Shown in pieces: positions 45,271 to 55,400 of a DNA stretch of 64,000 nt. Position 1 is the stretch's first letter; every line of letters starts with the position of its first letter. Source of the DNA: an uncultured Planctomycetota bacterium (lineage in GTDB: Bacteria > Planctomycetota > Planctomycetia > Isosphaerales > Isosphaeraceae). The position numbers and the translations under genes are program-made. The notes under the pieces are model-generated. The model did no database searches. It was not told where the DNA came from and saw only the letters and a program-made list of their open reading frames with translations. The stretch is from NCBI GenBank assembly GCA_963758025.1, contig CAVWUA010000012.1, positions 53,407-117,406 on the forward strand, in the 5' to 3' direction.

Positions 45271-47496
45271 CAGGTATCTTCGGGTTGTGGGGTCGTCTCG
45301 GCATCGGCGATCTCCAGCTCGGGCAGGACGACCTCCATGCCCCCGCGCCGGGCGACGACCGGGATCATCTCCTTGGACACGCCGGCGTCGTAGCCGAGGC
45401 CGAAGAACTTGTGCGCCGGCGTGGACAGGCGGAGGATCAGGCGGAAGAGCTGCGAGCCGGAACCACTTCAGCCGCGGCAGGTCGGGGCCGGTGATGATCT
45501 CCTCCTCGCCGACCTCGATGATCCAGCGCTCGGACGGGATGTCGATCTCGCCCCGCCGCTGGAGGTCGCGCAGGGCGCCGCGGATGTCGGGCTGCTCCAT
45601 GTAGCCGTAGGTGCCGGTGACCGAGACGATGTTGCGGCCCGAGCGTCGATGACCTCGAAGCGGTCGCGCCGGCCCGGCCTCGGCCAGCGAGATCTGCCTG
45701 GCGTGGAAGAGCGTGACGTGCGCCGGCATCACGCCGTACTTCTTGAGGAAGACGCGCAGCGAGACCGGCAGGTACTCGTCGAGGTCCTGGATCGGCTGGG
45801 AGCAGAGGAAGACGAAGGCGCGGTCGGTCTCGACCAGCCGGCGGCGGCCCTGGACCAGCGACCGGGCCATGCGGCAGGTTCTCCTCGATCGAGATCTGGA
45901 TCTCATCGACCTTCTGCCGCAGGGCGACGAGCCAGCCGACCCGCTTGCCGCCCCGGACGCCGAACTCGTAGAACGCCCGCCCGAGCTGCGCCCGGCCCCA
46001 CTGCCACGTCAGCATCACCGTGACGAGCACGAAGGCGATCGCCACCGGGATGTAGCCGCCGGTGAGGAACTTCAGCAGGTTGCTGACGAAGAACAGCAGG
46101 TCCACCGCCAGGATCGGCGCGCAGACGGCCACCACGCGGCCCAGCCCCCACCCCCAGCGGTAGTGCGCCACGTAGCCGAAGGCCAGCGTCGTGATGCCCA
46201 TCGTCCCGGTCACGGCGATCCCGTAGGCCGCGGCCAGGTTGCCCGCCGAGCGGAAGATCAGCGTGATCGCCACGCAGCCGACGAACATCGCCCAGTTGAC
46301 CGCCGGGATGTAGACCTGGCCCTCGGCCTCGTCGGCTCGTGAACTGCACCTCGAACCGGGGGCTGAAGCCCAGGGCGATCGCCTGCTTGACGATCGAGAA
46401 CATCCCGGTGATCAGCGCCTGCGAGGCGATGAACGCGGCGATCGCCGAGATCGACCATGTCGAGCGATCAGGATCACCCGATCGACGGTCGGGTTGCCCG
46501 ATCTGGGGCGTCAGCGCGTAGAACGTGTTGGCCCGGGGCGGCACGCCCGTGCTCCAGCAGGTAGCCGACCTGGCCGGCGTAATTGCACAGCAGGCACGGC
46601 AGGACCACGGCGAACCAGGAGATCATCACCGGCCGGCGGCCCGAGTCGCTCGGGCGCCAGGCTCTCCCCCTCCACCACCTCCTCCTCGCCCCGCCGGGCG
46701 AAGTGGCCGATGTCGGCGTACTTCGCCTCGCCGCCGGTGATCGCCAGCACGACCACGCCCGAGGATCACGAACGCGCCGACCCCGGGGAACTGCGTCAGG
46801 AACCCGATCGCGTACATCGGGTTGAACGCGAGGAAGACCTCGGGGTGCCGGACGATCCAGGGCAGGCCCTTCAGCGCGATCCAGGGGAACCAGACCAGCA
46901 GCATGAACCAGCCGAAGAACCCGCCGACCCGGCTCGTGCCCCGCCACTGCGGCTTGAACAGGACGAAGAGGCTGACCAGCGTCGCGATGACGGCCCACCG
47001 CTCGCCCAGCGGCTCGTAGGCGCCCAGCATGCTGATCGGCGGCGTGATGATCCCGTCGGCCGCCAGCAGCCCGGCCGCCGCGACCACGAGGTAGCCGACC
47101 AGGCCCAGGCCCGCGACCTTCCCCGCGTGGGCCTTGAGCAGCCCCCAGAGGGCGAACGTCCCGCCCTCGCCCCGGTTGTCGGCCCGCATGATCAGCAGGT
47201 CGTACTTGACGGTCAGGAAGATCAAGGCCCAGATGACCAGGCTCAGGCCGCCGAGCGCCTCGTCCTGTCGCGATGAGCCGCCCGCCCGACTCGACGAGCG
47301 CCCTCGCCTCCTCCTCGCCGAGCGAGCGATGCTTCAGCAGGATCGTCTCGCGGGTGATCTCCATGATGGTGTAGAGGACCGACGTGCCGATGTCCCCGTA
47401 AACCGTCCCCGCCGCCTCGCGCATCCGCGTGAAGAGATTACCGCCGTGCGCGCCGGCCTCCCCCGGGTTGGCGACCTCGTCCGCATCCGCTCCCAT
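45271..47496 (-). pseudogene. kup: KUP/HAK/KT-family potassium transporter (kup) disrupted by at least 6-8 frameshifts
   Basis: Kup motifs are scattered over at least six overlapping minus-strand ORFs in different frames: VYGDIGTSVLY; IFLTVKYDLLIMRADNRGEGG; GEAKYADIGHF; NYAGQVGYLL; FIASQALITGMFSIVKQAIALGFSPRFEVQFTS; LAAAYGIAVTGTMGITT; and the C-terminus YGYMEQPDI ... FFGLGYDAGVSKEMIPVVARRGGMEVVLPELEI ending at the TGA at 45273..45271. Confidence 0.7.
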
Positions 47497-47656
47497 CGAC
47501 TGGACCTCCCCCCCAACCTGGCCCTTACGGCACCCCCCCACGATCATAATGGGTTGTCACCCCGCGAGGATAGATGACACCAAGGATCGTCGCTGCAAAT
47601 TGGCTTGTGAATGTTGCTTCATGGATTTGTGTGCCGGACGCGAAGGACGGATGATC

Positions 47657-48313
47657 TTACGATACCTTGTCCGCGCGTGCCAGATCGTCATCCTTGCCGG
47701 CGACGAGCAGGGTGTCGGAATCCTTCAACGGCGCGTCGGGATCGGGCACGGGACTCATCTCGTCGCGGAGCATGTCGTGCACGGCGATGACCGAGATGCG
47801 GAACTTCCGGGGCAGCTCCAGCTCACGCAGGGAGCGACCGATCCAGGCCTCGGGCACGGCCATCTCCTGGATGCTGAAGGTGGTTCCCATGCGGATGTAA
47901 TTGAGGATGCCGCGGCTGGAAATCCGCGTGCCGAGCCTCAAGGCGCTTTCGCGCTCGGGGAAGATCGTCTCGGTGACGCCGATCTTCTCCATGACGCGGG
48001 CGTGTTCCCTGGAGATCACCTTGACGTAAATCTCGGCGACGCCCAGGTCGCGCAGGGCCATGGCCGCGAGGATGCTGGCGGTGATGTCGTCGCCCGTGGA
48101 GACGACGCCCGCGTCGGCCCCCTTGGCCCCCAGACGCTCCAGCGTGGGGACGTGCCGGCCGTCGCCGACCATCGCCCGCGAGACGAACGGGGCGATCCGG
48201 TCCACCGACTCCTCATCCGTGTCCACCGCGGCCACCTCGTGCCCCTTCTGGTGCAGCGACTCCGCCACGCTGGCGCCGAAATTGCCCAGACCGATGACGA
48301 CAAAGCGTTTCAT
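47657..48313 (-). CDS. trkA: TrkA/KtrA-family K+ uptake NAD-binding regulatory subunit (single RCK-N plus RCK-C)
   Basis: MKRFVVIGLGNFGASVAESL (Rossmann GxGxxG), 218 aa, C-terminal TrkA-C-like region; intact. Confidence 0.8.
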   Translation of the reverse strand: MKRFVVIGLGNFGASVAESLHQKGHEVAAVDTDEESVDRIAPFVSRAMVGDGRHVPTLERLGAKGADAGVVSTGDDITASILAAMALRDLGVAEIYVKVISREHARVMEKIGVTETIFPERESALRLGTRISSRGILNYIRMGTTFSIQEMAVPEAWIGRSLRELELPRKFRISVIAVHDMLRDEMSPVPDPDAPLKDSDTLLVAGKDDDLARADKVS

Positions 48314-48355
48314 GGCTCAATGGTTCCCGTCGGTTGCCAGGGCGGGTCGGGTCGT

Positions 48356-49913
48356 TCAGCCAACAACCACATCTTCATACGCATATCGGAACTTCCCGCC
48401 GGTCTTTGGCCGGACCAGGGTCAAGGCGGCGGCGACGGTGGGCAGGCCGACGCGGCCGAGGAACATCAGGAGGATCGTGATCCACTTGCCGGCGACCGAC
48501 AGGCTGGATGTTACGCCCATCGACAGGCCCACGGTGTTGAACGCGCTGATGGCTTCGAACATGTATTTGAGGAATCCTTCCTGAATGTGATGATGGGCGA
48601 TGCCCGACATCTCCGACGCGGTGAACAGGAAGATGCAGGCCGTCACCAGCGTGAAGGCGGCCACCGCCAGGCCAACGGCACGCTGCGAGGTGTCCGCCGG
48701 GATCGTGCGGCCCCAGAGGTGCGCGACCCCTTCCCCCCGGAACCGCGACCAGGCGAGCAGGCCGATGATCGCCACGGTCGTCGTCCGCAGGCCACCGGCC
48801 GTCGAGCCGGGGGAGCCGCCGATGAACATCAGGATGCCGGTCAGGAAGTTCGTGCTGTCGGTTGCCTGGCCGTAGTCGATGTTGTTGAACCCCGCGGTGC
48901 GCGGCGTGACGCTGATAAAGAGCCCGTTGACCACCTTCAACCACAGGGGCAGCCCCTTGAGCGTCAGCGACCGTTCCAGCAAGACGAACAGCGGCCAGGG
49001 AGCGACGATCAGGATCGCCGTGGTCAACAGCACCACCCGCGAGTGCATCGACACGCGGAACCCCCGGTGCTCCCGGCGTGCCTGGAACCACAGGTAGATC
49101 TCTTCGAGGGTCAAGAAGCCCAGGCCCCCGGCGACGATCAACAGCATGAGGACCAGCAGGGTGAAGGGGGAGCGCTGGAAGCCCATGACCGAGTCGGTGA
49201 ACGTCGAGAACCCGGCGTTGCAGAACGCGCTGACGGAGTGAAAGATCGCCGGCCAGAACGCCCCCTGCCAGCCCAGCCGGTGCATCCAGAGGATGTAGAG
49301 CAACAGCGCCGAAGAACTCGATGGCGATCGTGAAGAAGACGACGTGCCAGGTCAATCGGCGGTAATCGACGTGGGGCGCGACGTCCGCGGCGGTGGCCGT
49401 CAGGGCCTCGTGCCGCAACGACAATCGGCGCCCCATCGCCGCGATGATCAACGTCGTGAACGTGATGATCCCCAGCCCGCCGAGCTGGATCAGCAGCAGG
49501 ATGAACATCTGGCCGTAGAGGGTGAAGTACGTCGCCGTATCGACCACGATCAGCCCCGTCACGCAGACGGCGCTGGTGACGGTGAACAGGGCGTCGAGCC
49601 ACCCCAGCGGCTTCCCCGTGTACAGGCCCGGCAGGAGCTTCAGGCCGAGCGTGCCCAGGACGATCAACAGCACGAACGACCCGACGAACAGCTGCGGGGC
49701 CGTCAAGCGTTGCCAGAGCGAGGCGCGCCGTCGGGCATCGGCAACCTCCCATTGATTGATCCAACGCCGCGTGGCCGGTCTCACATCCACCTCATCTGGA
49801 AACCGTCGAGAGAACCCCCGCGCCGTCGCGGGCGCAGCCTTTTGGTGGCCAGCACGGCCGTTTTGCCTTTTCTGTCTGTTCGCCCGGAGCCCCGGCTTAT
49901 TCGGCGGCCGCAT
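48356..49913 (-). CDS. trkH: TrkH/KtrB-family K+ transporter membrane subunit; frameshift near 49295-49305
   Basis: The N-terminal ORF reads ...TVTSAVCVTGLIVVDT...GGLGIITF...TIAIEFFG. The adjacent frame continues ALLLYILWMHRLGWQGAFWPAIFHSVSAFCNAGFS...GGSPGSTAGGLRTTT...SAFNTVGLSMG (TrkH selectivity-filter-like glycines). Confidence 0.8.
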
Positions 49914-50028
49914 CTCCCCAGCGATGGGCCACCGTCAAGAGCCTCGCCAACGGCAGCTCAAAATCTCGCGGCCGATCCGTACGGTATCGCTCTTCGCATC
50001 ACATGGCAGGGAACCTCTCCACTCCACA

Positions 50029-51063
50029 TCAACCGCTCGCGGGAACCAGGCGGCGCTGGATGGACTCGGCGACGGCAGCGGTGAAACTCTCGGTCGATTC
50101 CTGACCGCCGAGGTCGCGGGTCCGGGTCCCCTGGCGGAGCAGGTCGAGCGTCGCGTTCTTGACGGCCTGCGCGACGCTGATCTCGCCGATCTGGTAGAGC
50201 AGCAGGGTCAGGGCGAGGAAGATCGCGGTGGGGTTCGCCAGGTTCTTGCCGGCGATGTCGGGGGCCGTGCCGTGCGCCGCGTCGAACATCGCCACGCGCA
50301 CCACGCCCGAGCCGTCGAACGCCAGGTTCGCGCTGGCGCCGATGCCCAGCGACCCGGCCAGGCCGCAGGCCATGTCGGAGAGGAAATCGCCGTACTCGTT
50401 CAGGACGAGCACGATCTGGAACTTCTCGGGCGCCATGATGATCTTGCCCAGCAAGGCGTCGAACAGCTCGACGTTGTGCGGCACCTCGGGGAATTGCCCG
50501 GCGACCTCGCCGGCAACGCTCTCGAACAGACCATCCGTCGCCTTCTGGATCGTGTACTTCGAGGCGCTGGTGACGCGCTTGCCGGTTTTGCGGGCGAGAG
50601 TGAAGGCGTAGCGGGCGGCCTCCTGCACGGGCTGGCGCTCGACGATCCGCAGGCTGACGGCGCCGTCGGCGCCGATCATGCGGCCGGGATCGTCGTAGGT
50701 GCCCCCGGTGGCGATCCGCACGATGTCCACGTCCAGCTCGCGGCGGAAGTTCGTCGGCACGCCCGGAATCGTCGTCACCGGGCGGTGGATGACCGACAGG
50801 TTCAAACGCCGTCGCAGGACCTGGTTGGGGCTTTCCTCGGCCGTGATGGTCGGGTACTTCAGGGCCAGCCCGTTGGTCTCGATTGAGGCGACCGCCTCAT
50901 TATAAATCGTGGCTTTGTTGGCCCTTCGGTTTTCGAGCGAGAGGTCCACCGGCTCGAAGTCGAGTTGGATCGGCAGGGCCGCGGCCAGGGTGTGGACGGC
51001 CCGCGACAGCTCCGCGCCAATGCCGTCTCCGAGCAGTTCCGTGACCTTGTACGTGGGTCGCAT
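50029..51063 (-). CDS. Isocitrate/3-isopropylmalate dehydrogenase family protein (likely NAD-dependent isocitrate dehydrogenase-like)
   Basis: VTTIPGVPTNFRRELDVDIVR...NEYGDFLSDMACGLAGSLG is the family signature; 344 aa. Confidence 0.7.
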   Translation of the reverse strand: MRPTYKVTELLGDGIGAELSRAVHTLAAALPIQLDFEPVDLSLENRRANKATIYNEAVASIETNGLALKYPTITAEESPNQVLRRRLNLSVIHRPVTTIPGVPTNFRRELDVDIVRIATGGTYDDPGRMIGADGAVSLRIVERQPVQEAARYAFTLARKTGKRVTSASKYTIQKATDGLFESVAGEVAGQFPEVPHNVELFDALLGKIIMAPEKFQIVLVLNEYGDFLSDMACGLAGSLGIGASANLAFDGSGVVRVAMFDAAHGTAPDIAGKNLANPTAIFLALTLLLYQIGEISVAQAVKNATLDLLRQGTRTRDLGGQESTESFTAAVAESIQRRLVPASG

Positions 51064-51409
51064 GCCGTCGCGCTCTCCGGTCGAGGGGTCGGGTTCAGAA
51101 CGTCCCGCCGGCCAGGGCAGCTTTCGACAGGCGCGGACGCCTCCGATTGTACGGATCGGGTCCGATGGGCGTCAAACCCGTCGCGAACCGTCCCCCCGCG
51201 CACGCCGAGACTGGCAACGGCCGCCGATCATGGGGTATATTTAGAGGTTAGACCCCATGCCGAACCGCCCGGGGGCGGAACGACGGCCCCGGAATGACTC
51301 CGAAGGGGAGGCGGCTCAAGGGCCTCTCGCGTCGCCCGGCGCGGGTCTCTGGCACGTCCCCTTTTTTTCTCAAGAAATCATCCCTGGCGCCCAGGCAGGA
51401 GAATGTCCT

Positions 51410-52006
51410 ATGTCCACCGCGGGTAAGGTCCTGACCGTTGTGGTGGCTCTGACCACCCTGGTCTGGATCGTTCTGTTCTCGATGGTCGCCCAACTGAACC
51501 GCAACTGGGGCACGGAACTCAATAACCTGGAGCAGAGTCTCGCCAAGTCGGAAGCTCAGGTCAAGGAAACCCGGAATAACCTGGAAAACCTGATCGCGCA
51601 GCTCGAACAGGAGCAGATTCAGCGCGACCGCGACCTGACCGTCCTGCAGGCCCGGCTCTCCGATGCCGAGCAGCTCCAGACCGAGACGCAGGAAGCCCAG
51701 ATCCGTCTGGGGTTCCAGATGGCCTCCATCCGCTCGTCCGTCGAACAGGCCCAGGCCGCCCTCGATCGCCGCAACACCGAGAAAACCGAGACCGAGCAAG
51801 CACTGGCCGACGCCAAGAACAGCATCATGACCCTGCGTGCCGAGAACAGCGACCTGATCGAGCAGTTGACCGGCCTCCGCAATGACTTCAAGCAGACGGA
51901 ATCCGAGAACCGCGAGCTACTCGACCAGTTGAAAAACTCCGGCCAATCTTCGGGCGAAAGCGCCAATCAAGGCCGGCGAGTCCGGGCCGCTTCGTTCCGT
52001 CGTTGA
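51410..52006 (+). CDS. Membrane-anchored coiled-coil protein (hypothetical)
   Basis: AGGAGA RBS lies 9 nt upstream of the ATG at 51410. N-terminal TM helix VLTVVVALTTLVWIVLFSMV, then heptad-rich Gln/Glu/Leu sequence. Confidence 0.55.
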   Translation: MSTAGKVLTVVVALTTLVWIVLFSMVAQLNRNWGTELNNLEQSLAKSEAQVKETRNNLENLIAQLEQEQIQRDRDLTVLQARLSDAEQLQTETQEAQIRLGFQMASIRSSVEQAQAALDRRNTEKTETEQALADAKNSIMTLRAENSDLIEQLTGLRNDFKQTESENRELLDQLKNSGQSSGESANQGRRVRAASFRR

Positions 52007-52116
52007 GTCGGGTGCTTCGTAACGGGTTCTCTGGCATGGCTCTTGCGGTCCTCGTTCCGGCACCGTACAAAAGATGAGGATCTGGTGAAGAGGGGCGGTG
52101 CGGAGGATGTGACGGT

Positions 52117-53103
52117 ATGAGTCCACCGAGGATCAGCGGGAGGCTCGACGAGGCGGAGACCGTCGAGCCGTGGGTTGGTATTGTCGCCAATGCCAATTCG
52201 GGCCGTGGGGCAGGGCGGCACAACGTGGAACGGCTCGTCAGTGCGCTGGCGAAACACGGCCTCTCGGCGCGAGTGGCCTGGACGCTTGACGAGCGGACGG
52301 CCCTGGTGGATCGGTCGCGTCACGATCCGTCCTGCCGCTGTCTGGTGGCCGCCGGGGGAGACGGTACGGTGGCCGCCCTGGTCAACGAGATGCCCAGTGT
52401 TCCGGTGACCGTCTTGCCGGTCGGGACCGAGAACCTCTTCGCCCGCCATTTCGGCATCCGCCGCCAGCCCGAGATCATCGCCGAGACCATCGCGCAAGGT
52501 CGGTGCTGCCGACTCGACCTGGGGCTGACCGGCGCGCAAAGGCGGTTCACCCTGATGGCCGGCATCGGGTTTGACGCCGACGTGGTCTCGCGGCACCACC
52601 TGGCCCGTGTCAGCCGCACCGGCGCGATGCGCCCCACGCACCGCGCGGCGTACGTTGAGCCGGTGCTCCGCGCCAGCCTCGGCTACCGGTTCCCCCCCTT
52701 GACCATCCAGATCGAGGACGGCGAGCGCGCGGAAACGCTCGTCGGCTCCACCGCCTTTCTGTTCAACCTCCCGCGCTACGCCCTCGGCCTCCCCTTCGCC
52801 CCGACCGCCCAGGGGGACGACGGCCTGCTCGACCTGGTCGTCTTCCGCAACGCCGGTCCGCTGCAAGCCCTTCGTTATCTGTGGCTTGTGGTTCGTGGTA
52901 TCCATCTGAAGCGGGCGGGCGTCTTCTACCGCAAGGTGCGGCGGGTCGTCATCTCGTCGTCCGAGCCGGTCCCCGTGCAACTGGACGGCGACCCCGGCGG
53001 CAGCATCACCCCCCAGCGCCAGGGGCAACCGTGGACGGTCGAGGTCCTGCCTCGCGCCATCGACGTGCTGGTGCCGTCCGGCTACTCCTTCGGAGTGGCC
53101 TGA
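52117..53103 (+). CDS. Diacylglycerol-kinase catalytic-domain lipid kinase (YegS/BmrU family)
   Basis: VGIVANANSGRG...LVAAGGDGTVAALVNEM...VLPVGTENLFARHFGI (DAGK_cat signature). Confidence 0.7.
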   Translation: MSPPRISGRLDEAETVEPWVGIVANANSGRGAGRHNVERLVSALAKHGLSARVAWTLDERTALVDRSRHDPSCRCLVAAGGDGTVAALVNEMPSVPVTVLPVGTENLFARHFGIRRQPEIIAETIAQGRCCRLDLGLTGAQRRFTLMAGIGFDADVVSRHHLARVSRTGAMRPTHRAAYVEPVLRASLGYRFPPLTIQIEDGERAETLVGSTAFLFNLPRYALGLPFAPTAQGDDGLLDLVVFRNAGPLQALRYLWLVVRGIHLKRAGVFYRKVRRVVISSSEPVPVQLDGDPGGSITPQRQGQPWTVEVLPRAIDVLVPSGYSFGVA

Positions 53104-54065
53104 GCCGCTTCGTCCCGTTCCTTCAACAAGCGGCGGGCGCCGTCGCGACGTTCGCCAGTCAGGGATTCCGCCTCGATGTAGATCCGCTTGATGGCCGGGT
53201 GCCGCTCGCGGATCGTCGATTCCAGGCGATCGACGGCCGCCTCCACCTGCTCGGCCGATGTTCCTTGCTGGAACTGAATGTCCAGGTTCAACAGCACCTC
53301 ATGCGGCCCCAGGTACATCGTCATCGGCGGCGCGACGTGCTCGACGACCGACTCGGCCTCGGCCAGCTCGCGGATACTCCTGGCCACCTCCGGATCGACC
53401 CCCTCACCAACGAGCAGCCCCTTGCTCTCATAGGCCAGGGCGATCGCCACCACGCCCAGAATGATTCCGATCACCACCGAGGCGATCCCATCCAGCGCGG
53501 GCATCTCCAGCAAGTGGCCAAGCAACACCCCGAAAAACGCCACCACCAGGCCGAGCAGCGCGGCGGTGTCCTCGAACAGGACGGTGAAGGTCGTCGGGTC
53601 CTTGCTCGTATGGACGGCATGAATCAGCGTGTGTTCCTCGGCCTTCGAGCGGCTGAACTCCCGGTACGCGACCCCCCAGGTGATCCCCTCGAAGACCATC
53701 GCGATGGCCAGCACCACGTAATTCCACGTCGGGTTCTCGATCGGGTGCGGGTTCCGCAGGTGGAGAATCCCCTCATAGACCGACATTCCTCCACCCAAGG
53801 CGAAGATTAGAATCGCGACGATCAGGGTCCAGAAATACAGCTCCTTGCCATGCCCGAACGGATGATTATCATCCGGCGGCCTCTTGCTCATGTGCACCCC
53901 GAGCAGCAAGAGCCCCCCATTCCCTGTGTCCACGATTGAGTGAATCCCCTCGGACAGCATGGCCGAGCTTCCCGTGAAGAACGCCGCCACGAACTTCGTG
54001 ACGGCAATCGCCAGGTTCCCCGCAATCGCGGCGTAAACGGCGAGTGGTGAAGATGATGCGGCCAT
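53082..54065 (-). CDS. Cation diffusion facilitator (CDF) family divalent-metal efflux transporter
   Basis: LAVYAAIAGNLAIAVTKFVAAFFTGSSAMLSEGIHSIVD...HPFGHGKELYFW is the CDF TM1-2 signature; C-terminal cytoplasmic domain; 327 aa. Confidence 0.8.
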   Translation of the reverse strand: MAASSSPLAVYAAIAGNLAIAVTKFVAAFFTGSSAMLSEGIHSIVDTGNGGLLLLGVHMSKRPPDDNHPFGHGKELYFWTLIVAILIFALGGGMSVYEGILHLRNPHPIENPTWNYVVLAIAMVFEGITWGVAYREFSRSKAEEHTLIHAVHTSKDPTTFTVLFEDTAALLGLVVAFFGVLLGHLLEMPALDGIASVVIGIILGVVAIALAYESKGLLVGEGVDPEVARSIRELAEAESVVEHVAPPMTMYLGPHEVLLNLDIQFQQGTSAEQVEAAVDRLESTIRERHPAIKRIYIEAESLTGERRDGARRLLKERDEAAQATPKE

Positions 54066-54221
54066 ACGTGCTCACTCCTCTAGAGACTCTCTGCTCTCTA
54101 TTCTCCTTGTTGTCGTCATTTTTCATCTCCTTGTGCATTCAAACGAGACGCCGAACCGCGAAAAAGAGTACGATTAGCGATTCCATGGAAGATTGCTTGG
54201 ATTTATTGAATCGCGAGCCAG

Positions 54222-54257
54222 GTACTAATTTAGTACGGATTAGTAGGAAATTAGTAC
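54222..54257. promoter_or_regulatory. Operator-like palindromes GTACTAAtTTAGTAC plus a second TAGTAggaaaTTAGTAC in the AT-rich divergent CDF/kdsA intergenic region
   Basis: A 7-1-7 perfect inverted repeat sits at 54222-54236, followed by related half-sites at 54241-54257. This is the only strongly AT-rich stretch nearby. Confidence 0.4.
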
Positions 54258-54366
54258 CCTTGATAGCATCACGGGTCGTGCTGTCTTTCGAGAGCGTCTC
54301 TGGTATAACCGCGACTCGATCACCTGCTGGTGGTTATGGGCCTCATTTCGAGGAAAGGATTCTCGC

Positions 54367-55203
54367 ATGACCCCTCCGAACCCCGTCTCCATTGGTCCGG
54401 TGTCGATCGGCCGGGGCCGGCCGCTGGCCTTGATTGGCGGCCCTTGTGTGATGGAGCCGGACGACATGACGCTGCGGATCGCGCGGCGGCTGGTTTCGAT
54501 TTGCGGCGATCTGGGCGTGCCGTTGATCTTCAAGGCATCGTTCGACAAGGCGAACCGGACGTCCAAGTCGAGCTATCGCGGGCCGGGGATGCACGAGGGG
54601 CTGAAGGTTTTCGAACGGGTCAAGGCCGAGACAGGGCTGCCGGTGACGACCGACGTGCACGAGTCGCACCAGGCCGGGCCGATCGCCGAGGTGGTGGACC
54701 TGCTGCAAATCCCCGCGTTCCTCGCGCGGCAGACGGACTTGCTGGAGGCCGCCGCCGCGACGGGCCGGCCGGTCAACGTCAAGAAGGGGCAGTTCATGGC
54801 CCCCTGGGACATGCGGCACGTTGTCGCCAAGTTGATGGAGGCTGACGGGGCAGGGGGCGTGCTCCTGACCGAGCGGGGGACGACCTTCGGCTACGGCCGC
54901 CTGGTCAACGACATGCGAGCGATCCCGCAGATGCAGGAGACGGGGGCCCCGGTGGTCTTCGACGCCACGCACTCGGTCCAGCTTCCGAGCGCGGGGCAGG
55001 GGGTCTCCTCGGGCGAGCGGGCGATGGTGCCGTATCTGGCCAAAGCCGCCGTCGCCGCCGGTTGCGACGCCCTGTTTCTGGAGGTCCACCCGGAGCCGGA
55101 AAAGGCGCTCTCCGACGGGCCGAACGCCCTGCGCCTCGACGATCTGGAAGGGTTGCTGCGCACTTGCCTGCGCATCCGGGAAGCGATCACCGCAATCGGA
55201 TGA
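54367..55203 (+). CDS. kdsA: 3-deoxy-8-phosphooctulonate (KDO-8-P) synthase
   Basis: [23 protein letters not shown]...[14 protein letters not shown]...VTTDVHE...[12 protein letters not shown]...[10 protein letters not shown] match KdsA throughout; 278 aa. Confidence 0.85.
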   Translation: MTPPNPVSIGPVSIGRGRPLALIGGPCVMEPDDMTLRIARRLVSICGDLGVPLIFKASFDKANRTSKSSYRGPGMHEGLKVFERVKAETGLPVTTDVHESHQAGPIAEVVDLLQIPAFLARQTDLLEAAAATGRPVNVKKGQFMAPWDMRHVVAKLMEADGAGGVLLTERGTTFGYGRLVNDMRAIPQMQETGAPVVFDATHSVQLPSAGQGVSSGERAMVPYLAKAAVAAGCDALFLEVHPEPEKALSDGPNALRLDDLEGLLRTCLRIREAITAIG

Positions 55204-55400
55204 TGGGCTTTGCGCGAACCGCCGCGGGGGGACGAGCGTAATCGAGAAGAAAATGGACGGTTTGTCCATCAATAGGGTCGCCGCGCTCGCTCCGCTTCGA
55301 CAAAATAGGAAGTCGGAACGCGAACCCGAATGCGCGACGTTTATCCTTCCTGCCCACGATCTGGCCGTGGTTCGCGATCCCCCCTTTCGTCGAGGAGTCG

